From positions 1 to 31,864 of IMG/VR virus record IMGVR_UViG_3300020374_000016: a stretch of DNA of 31,864 nucleotides. One strand, 5' to 3'. Positions 26,563 through 31,864 of this stretch are shown in pieces; within the stretch, counting starts at the first letter, position 1; each line of letters begins with the position of its first letter. Both the position numbers and the translations under genes were made by a program. This DNA is from a virus (Duplodnaviria > Caudoviricetes). Under the pieces are notes generated by a model. It was not told the origin of the DNA and did not search any database. It saw only the letters and a list, made by a program, of their open reading frames with translations.

Positions 26563-27020
26563 CAGTGACACCAGAATTTCAAGGCACACATCTATGGGAT
26601 AGGCTCCGCTGGGCCAAGGAAAACCTTGATGGTGTGCAGTCCGAGTATCGTGTCGTGTACGAAGACAAGGTAGACGAGTGCGCCAAGATACTGGTGCCTG
26701 ACCCTAACTGGATGGCGTGTGCCTTGCAGGGTGGGATATTGCCGCCGGTCTGGGTATATTGGGAACTAGCGAAGGACGAGGCACAGCCCGACTTTAAGAA
26801 ACACACACGCGGCTACTTGCTGCATGATACGGAACCGATGGGGCCGATGACCGAAGAAGAGGCTATCGAATACCTCATCCAGAAGGACGTGCCACAGTCT
26901 GTATGGCAGTCGTGGGACGAGGGCAACCGCCCGAAAATGGTGATCTGCCGGAAGGAGCAACTTCCGGGGACACGCGAGTGGAGAAACGCATGGCGCATCT
27001 CTGATGAACTGGCAGCTTAA
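26559..27020 (+). CDS. Hypothetical protein, possibly fibre-assembly associated
   Basis: ATGA coupling. ILVPDPNWMA, MTEEEAIEYLIQKDVP and REWRNAW motifs. Confidence 0.65.
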   Translation: MTVTPEFQGTHLWDRLRWAKENLDGVQSEYRVVYEDKVDECAKILVPDPNWMACALQGGILPPVWVYWELAKDEAQPDFKKHTRGYLLHDTEPMGPMTEEEAIEYLIQKDVPQSVWQSWDEGNRPKMVICRKEQLPGTREWRNAWRISDELAA

Positions 27021-27031
27021 AGGAGCAGAAA

Positions 27032-27403
27032 ATGCCGACAACATACATCGTAGATAAGGACGGGAACCAGATTGACGCTTCCACGGCTACCGTTCCTTCT
27101 GATCGTCACTTTCGCGGTGCATGGTCATTAAGTGGCACCGTGATCAGCGAGGACATGACAAAGGCCAAAGAGATCTTCAAGGACAAAATCCGTGAAGTAC
27201 GAGCGCCGCTTCTTGAGGCAGAGGACGTAGTGTACATGAAAGCACTTGAAGCCGACAATACTTCCGCCAAGGCAGCATCGGTGACGAAGAAGACAGCCCT
27301 ACGGGACGCCCCGGCGGCATCTGCAATTACTAACGCAGACACGATTACAAAGCTAAAAGCCGCTTGGGATACGTCTGTACTGGGCGCTTCGCCTTACGCA
27401 TAG
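27032..27403 (+). CDS. Tail fibre assembly chaperone-like protein
   Basis: AAGGAG RBS. DRHFRGAW, IREVRAPLL and ALRDAP resemble the R..LL...ALRD.P motif of fibre assembly chaperones. Confidence 0.6.
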   Translation: MPTTYIVDKDGNQIDASTATVPSDRHFRGAWSLSGTVISEDMTKAKEIFKDKIREVRAPLLEAEDVVYMKALEADNTSAKAASVTKKTALRDAPAASAITNADTITKLKAAWDTSVLGASPYA

Positions 27404-27412
27404 GAGTAAGAG

Positions 27413-27814
27413 ATGGCGCTGACCAATCTCACAAAAGGTACGGTTGTCGGGTCAGAGGGTGGCTCGGCAACCACTAACCTTGCTCAAGGTTTGGCGAAAG
27501 CGTGGTGCAGTTATAACGGTTCTGGAACAACTTTTGCCGACAGTTTTAATATGACATCTGCAACAGACAATAGCGCAGGAAACTTCACGTTTACCATTGC
27601 CAACGACATGGCTAACGCTAATTATGCTGCTACTTCAATTGTTCACCCCCTTACTTCCACTTCTCCCGCCCTCCACACTTGTGAGGTAGATTGCAGTAGC
27701 GGATATTTAGCCGGTAGTTTGCGAGTGGAGGTTGCATACGGAACAACAACCAACTCTAGGCAAGAGTTTGACGCAGTAAAGTGTGCAGTAACATTTCACG
27801 GAGACCTCGCATAA
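27413..27814 (+). CDS. Small fibre-tip paralog 3
   Basis: AGGAG RBS. EGGSATTNLAQGLAKAW...DSFNMTSATD...HGDLA*. Confidence 0.75.
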   Translation: MALTNLTKGTVVGSEGGSATTNLAQGLAKAWCSYNGSGTTFADSFNMTSATDNSAGNFTFTIANDMANANYAATSIVHPLTSTSPALHTCEVDCSSGYLAGSLRVEVAYGTTTNSRQEFDAVKCAVTFHGDLA

Positions 27815-28275
27815 TGCCTTACATAGGTAAATCTCCAGAGTTCGGCGTCCGTAACCGATACATCTATCAAGCCACGGCGGGGCAGACCAGCTTCAGCGGG
27901 TCCGATTCCGACTCGCTAGTGCTGACATACTCCGACAGCATGTACATGGACGTGTACCAGAACGGTGTTCTTTTGAAGCCTGGTACAGACTACACAGCCA
28001 CAACGGGTACAACAGTTGTGCTGGTCACGGGGGCGTCTCTGAACGACGTTGTCGAGATGGTGGTTTACGATGCGTTCTCCGTCGCCGACAGCTACACCAA
28101 GTCAGAAGCAGACACGCGATACCCCTTCAAGGGCAACAACTCCATCATACGTCTGAACGGTCAGACGATCAGTGCAGACATCACGATTGACAGCGACGAG
28201 AACGGCGTGTCGGCGGGGCCGATTACGCAGGACAATGCCACCGTCACTGTCAATGGATATTGGAGTATTGTATGA
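27814..28275 (+). CDS. Fibre baseplate/adaptor-like protein, MP(F/Y)IG family copy B
   Basis: True start is ATG 27814 (TAATG). ATAGQTSF, DVYQNGVLL, DYTATTGT and NGVSAGPIT. Same architecture as 24239. Confidence 0.7.
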   Translation: MPYIGKSPEFGVRNRYIYQATAGQTSFSGSDSDSLVLTYSDSMYMDVYQNGVLLKPGTDYTATTGTTVVLVTGASLNDVVEMVVYDAFSVADSYTKSEADTRYPFKGNNSIIRLNGQTISADITIDSDENGVSAGPITQDNATVTVNGYWSIV

Positions 28276-28658
28276 CCAGCGTATTAAATGTAGACACCAT
28301 TGCGGACAAGGCGGGTACGGGACCGGTTGAATTAACAAAACAACAGGCAGCAAAAGCATGGACACATTTTACGGGTGTATCAACCACCGCTATACGAGAC
28401 AGTTTTAACACCAGTTCTTTGACAGATTTAACGACGGGCAGCACTAGAGCAACTTTTACAAATGCAATGGGCAACAACGATTACTCGGCAACAGGCTACA
28501 CTAATTTTGATGCCACGACCGGTGAAGGTGCGTTTGATGCCGACATAAGTGGTAGAGGGTTTGGTCTGGTGGGCCGCGCTACAACAACAATTCAACACTA
28601 TTCTTATGCCATTGATTCTGCCGTGAATGACATTCAGATTATTGGAGACCTCGCATAA
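28272..28658 (+). CDS. Small fibre-tip paralog 4
   Basis: ATG 28272 (ATGA overlap). LNVDTI...TKQQAAKAW...DSFNTSSLTD...GDLA*. Confidence 0.75.
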   Translation: MTSVLNVDTIADKAGTGPVELTKQQAAKAWTHFTGVSTTAIRDSFNTSSLTDLTTGSTRATFTNAMGNNDYSATGYTNFDATTGEGAFDADISGRGFGLVGRATTTIQHYSYAIDSAVNDIQIIGDLA

Positions 28659-29086
28659 TGGCAAGCATACTCAAAGTCGATACTGTTAAAGGCAAAACCA
28701 CAGAGTCCACCGTTACGATTGCTAATAACGAGTTGGTCGGAGCTAGTGCGGGTAGTTTGACTATTGTTGGTGAGGGCGGATCTACTAAAACCAATCTTCA
28801 GCAAGGTCTAGCAAAAGCGTGGGCTGAATGTAACAGCGCCGGAACTTCTATAAACGATAGCTTCAACATTGCTTCACTTGTAGATACAAATACAGGCCAA
28901 CAAACCTGTAACTACACTAACGACTTTGCGTCAGGTAGCTACGCTTGTGTAACAACAGGCGGCAGTGTGGGTTCAAACAATGCGTTTTCAGCCACGTCAG
29001 CAGGTAGCTGGATTGTCTATAGCTTTAATGGCAGTTCATATAGTGACATGGCTATGGGTACAATAGCTTCTGGAGATCTCGCATAA
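28658..29086 (+). CDS. Small fibre-tip paralog 5
   Basis: LKVDTV...EGGSTKTNLQQGLAKAW...DSFNIASLVD...GDLA*. Confidence 0.75.
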   Translation: MASILKVDTVKGKTTESTVTIANNELVGASAGSLTIVGEGGSTKTNLQQGLAKAWAECNSAGTSINDSFNIASLVDTNTGQQTCNYTNDFASGSYACVTTGGSVGSNNAFSATSAGSWIVYSFNGSSYSDMAMGTIASGDLA

Positions 29087-29469
29087 TGGCTAGTGAACTG
29101 CGAGTAAACACCCTGAAGGACGCCAGCGGGAACAACAGCGTGGGCATGTCGTATGTTGCAGAGGGTACGGCGAAAGCGTGGGGGAATATTACCACTGCCA
29201 GCACTATAGGAATAAATGACAGTTTTAATATATCGGGGGTGGTAGATAATGCTGCGGCTCAAACGACGTATTCATTCACCAGTTCTTTTAACAACAACGA
29301 TTACTCTGCGTTAGGAACGTCGGGAGATAACGGGCTTATAGCAAACTTCCCGCAGACTGACCACGCACCGGCAACTGGGTCTATTAGAGGAATTACAGTT
29401 ACTGACCCAAGCACTACCGCAGACCCCGCGTCTCAAGTAAACTCTGCTATGTTGGGAGACCTCGCATGA
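29086..29469 (+). CDS. Small fibre-tip paralog 6
   Basis: LRVNTL...GTAKAW...DSFNISGVVD...GDLA*. Confidence 0.75.
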   Translation: MASELRVNTLKDASGNNSVGMSYVAEGTAKAWGNITTASTIGINDSFNISGVVDNAAAQTTYSFTSSFNNNDYSALGTSGDNGLIANFPQTDHAPATGSIRGITVTDPSTTADPASQVNSAMLGDLA

Positions 29470-29813
29470 GTAGGGCAGCAGTAAATGCCGGAATGCAGGG
29501 TAGTGCTGCACACTGGATTAGACACAGTAATGGTTCTTCTGTAACTGACAGTTTTAACAATTCAAGTTTAACTGATAGCGGAACCGGCACATATATAGCT
29601 GTTATTTCAAGTGCGTTTTCTAACGCTAACTATTGCGTGGCTTTAGTTGCTGGTGGGACGGATGCCGCTGGAGGAAATGCTACTTTTGAAAGTTTAGAAA
29701 CACTTACAACAAATAACGTGGGTCATAATGTTCGTGATGGAACAACTGGGACAAACGCCGGTAGGCAAGATTCCACCCAAGTTTGTGTTTCTTGTTTAGG
29801 AGACCTCGCGTAA
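29466..29813 (+). CDS. Small fibre-tip paralog 7
   Basis: GSAAHW...DSFNNSSLTDSGTG...GDLA*. Confidence 0.75.
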   Translation: MSRAAVNAGMQGSAAHWIRHSNGSSVTDSFNNSSLTDSGTGTYIAVISSAFSNANYCVALVAGGTDAAGGNATFESLETLTTNNVGHNVRDGTTGTNAGRQDSTQVCVSCLGDLA

Positions 29814-29842
29814 TTGCGGATGCGAGTTGAGAATGTTATCTT
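29814..29842 (+). promoter_or_regulatory. Putative sigma70-type promoter
   Basis: TTGCGG (29814-29819), 17-nt spacer, TATCTT (29837-29842) with an extended -10 TG. Lies in one of the few intergenic gaps. Confidence 0.5.
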
Positions 29843-29861
29843 AGAAAAAATGGTGAACTAA

Positions 29862-31226
29862 ATGGCTTCTACATATACAGCTAACTTAGGTGTTGAAAAA
29901 CCCGGTTCCGGCGAACAAGCGGGCACTTGGGGTACGACCACCAACACGAACTTTGATATTCTTGACCGAGCGGTCAGTGGTATTGCCACTGTTACGCTTT
30001 CTGGTACGACACATACTTTGACAACGACGGACGGTGCGCTGTCGGAGGGTGGTAACAGGGTTCTTGTGCTTGGCGGCTCACCTTCTGGAACGAACACAAT
30101 TACGATTGATCCGAATGATCAGGATAAATTTTACCTCGTAAAGAACGGCACTGACCAAACAGCTACTTTTACGCAGGGCAGCGGTGGAAACGTAAATGTT
30201 CTCGCCGGAGAAATAGCTTTTATATTTGCCGATGGTGCGGGTTCCGGTGCGGCGGTTACAAAAGTCAATGTAGGCGCAAAACTAGGTGACGACCTAGATG
30301 TCAACGGCAAGAGTATTGTAACAACTTCCAACGGCAACATTGTTCTTGCGCCTAATGGAACAGGTGACGTTCAAGTAGACGCGGACACTCTTCGTGTGGG
30401 AGACGCGGACGCGGACGCGACTATCACCACCAACGGCACAGGCGATCTTACTCTTAGCACTAACAGCGGTACAAACTCTGGTACGATTGTTATCGCCGAT
30501 GGTGCAAATGGAGATATCACCGTTGCGCCCAACGGCACCGGTAAGTTTACGATCACAGGTAGCAATATTGTTTTTGAAGGTGCTACCGCTGATGATCACG
30601 AAACTACGTTTGCTATAACCGATCCTACTGCCGATAGGACGATTACGTTCCCCGATTCATCTGGGACCGTGGCTCTTTCTGCTGATGTATCTTCAGCCGT
30701 TCCGGCGGGTTCAGTTATCGCAACCGCTCGAACCTCGGCCCCCACTGGATATTTATTGTGTGATGGTTCGGCGGTAAGCCGGTCTACTTACTCTGATCTG
30801 TTCTCTGCAATTAGCACAACCTACGGGACGGGAGATGGCTCAAGCACATTTAATGTTCCAGACCTTCGTGGCCGTGTGGTGGCTGGTCAAGATGATATGG
30901 GGGGATCATCAGCAAACCGCCTGACAGATCAAACGGGCGGCTTAAACGGGGACACTTTAGGTGACACCGGCGGTTCCGAAACACACACTCTAACAACCGC
31001 CCAGCTTGCGGCGCACACTCACGGTGCTGGCAGCTACCAGACATCCTTTACTAAATTGGCAAACCAGTCAGGCGATAACTTCACGGCTCGTCCGGCTACT
31101 ACTGAGGGTAGTAGCACATCTACTCAAACCTACACTGTCACAGGCACATCAGGCAGCACAGGCTCTGGCTCCGCTCATAACAACGTACAGCCGACAATCA
31201 TCTTAAACTACATGATAAAAACGTAG
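29862..31226 (+). CDS. Tail fibre with phage tail-collar domain (454 aa)
   Basis: MASTY...GTWG..TN.N N-terminus. Collar motif VPAGSV...APTGYLLCDGSAVSRSTYSDLF...TFNVPDLRGR. HxH tip and HNNVQP...YMIKT end. Confidence 0.85.
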   Translation: MASTYTANLGVEKPGSGEQAGTWGTTTNTNFDILDRAVSGIATVTLSGTTHTLTTTDGALSEGGNRVLVLGGSPSGTNTITIDPNDQDKFYLVKNGTDQTATFTQGSGGNVNVLAGEIAFIFADGAGSGAAVTKVNVGAKLGDDLDVNGKSIVTTSNGNIVLAPNGTGDVQVDADTLRVGDADADATITTNGTGDLTLSTNSGTNSGTIVIADGANGDITVAPNGTGKFTITGSNIVFEGATADDHETTFAITDPTADRTITFPDSSGTVALSADVSSAVPAGSVIATARTSAPTGYLLCDGSAVSRSTYSDLFSAISTTYGTGDGSSTFNVPDLRGRVVAGQDDMGGSSANRLTDQTGGLNGDTLGDTGGSETHTLTTAQLAAHTHGAGSYQTSFTKLANQSGDNFTARPATTEGSSTSTQTYTVTGTSGSTGSGSAHNNVQPTIILNYMIKT

Positions 31227-31233
31227 GTGCGAT

Positions 31234-31864
31234 ATGCCACTTACCAAGCTACAATTCAAGCCGGGTATCAATCAGGAAGTCACCTCGTACTCTAACGAAG
31301 GCGGCTGGCGCGACTGCGACAAGATCCGGTTTCGTTTTGGGTATCCTGAAAAGATAGGTGGTTGGCAAAAATACAGCACAAGCACGTATCAGGGATCGGC
31401 CCGTGCGTTGCACAACTGGCTTGGTCTTGACGGTTCTGACTTTTTGGGAATCGGCACCCACCTTAAATACTACATAGAAGAAGGGCAGGGGCTAACTGAT
31501 GTAACTCCAGTCCGATCAACTACAAGTGCGGGTGATGTCACATTCTCTGCTACTAACGGCAGCACCACCATTACTGTGACAGACACCGGGCATGGCGCTG
31601 TCGAAAATGATTTCGTTACATTTTCTGGCGCGGCGTCTTTAGGTGGTCTGATCACTGCCGCAGTCTTGAACATAGAATATCAGATCGTCAGCATCGTCAA
31701 TGCCAACAGTTATACGATCACGGCAAGTGTGGCAGCTAATTCTAGCGATACAAACAATGGTGGATCAAGCACCGTGGGCGTATATCAGATCAACGTCGGT
31801 CTGGACTCGACAGTTGGCGGCACAGGTTGGGGTGCTGGTCTATACGGTGGTATAGCAGCAGGCG
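31234..31864 (+). CDS. Tail nozzle / tubular protein B-like (3' partial, not in the ORF track)
   Basis: ATG 31234 after AGGTG. Translates as MPLTKLQFKPGINQEVTSYSNEGGWRDCDKIRFRFGYPEKIGGW... and stays open to the window end. Includes an ITVTDTGHGAVENDFVTF domain. Confidence 0.65.
   Translation, partial: MPLTKLQFKPGINQEVTSYSNEGGWRDCDKIRFRFGYPEKIGGWQKYSTSTYQGSARALHNWLGLDGSDFLGIGTHLKYYIEEGQGLTDVTPVRSTTSAGDVTFSATNGSTTITVTDTGHGAVENDFVTFSGAASLGGLITAAVLNIEYQIVSIVNANSYTITASVAANSSDTNNGGSSTVGVYQINVGLDSTVGGTGWGAGLYGGIAAG

Larger units (their letters stand above)
25042..29813 (+). repeat. Dispersed 15-nt direct repeat GGAGAYCTCGCRTRA x7 at gene ends
   Basis: Copies at 25042-25056, 26548-26562, 27800-27814, 28644-28658, 29072-29086, 29455-29469 and 29799-29813. 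Confidence 0.95.

Noticed and set aside
25042-29813. GGAGACCTCGCA repeats as a CRISPR array
   Set aside because: Repeats are 15 nt, spaced about 340-1500 nt apart by full genes, and no cas genes are present.
24685-29813. Diversity-generating retroelement or invertase shufflon behind the fibre variation
   Set aside because: No reverse transcriptase, no template/variable repeat pair differing only at adenines, no recombinase, and all cassettes and repeats are in direct orientation.
1-31864. Alternative genetic code, tRNA genes, integrase, tape measure or sheath genes
   Set aside because: All three stops punctuate tightly packed genes under the standard code, intergenic gaps are too small or otherwise explained for tRNAs, and no such proteins were recognised.

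Overview
This window is the head-to-tail morphogenesis region of a tailed dsDNA phage. All credible genes are on the + strand and tightly coupled by TGATG/TAATG/ATGA overlaps. In order: the C-terminal end of the terminase large subunit, a 1184-aa polyvalent-type protein, portal, holin-like membrane proteins, a 4-Cys HiPIP-like protein, co-chaperonin GroES, scaffold, major capsid protein with a terminator/promoter junction, a cluster of small basic proteins, head-tail adaptors, a Maf/sialyltransferase-like glycosyltransferase, repeat-rich fibres, an array of small paralogous fibre-tip genes, a tail-collar fibre and the start of a tail nozzle gene. No tape measure or sheath gene is seen, which is consistent with a podovirus-like phage. 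The gene families resemble uncultured marine proteobacterial phages (inference from memory, no search run). Main signals: (1) seven paralogous genes end in the same 15-nt junction GGAGAYCTCGCRTRA, which encodes GDLA-stop and in six cases also the RBS and start of the next gene, suggesting a cassette array of receptor-binding modules; (2) a perfect bacterial parS palindrome inside the scaffold gene; (3) fibre repeats identical in protein but synonymously recoded; (4) a glycosyltransferase among virion genes near a Ser/Thr-rich repeat protein; (5) two TTGCGG-N17-TANNNT promoters, one embedded in the capsid terminator and followed by a structured leader. All product calls come from motif recognition and synteny only.
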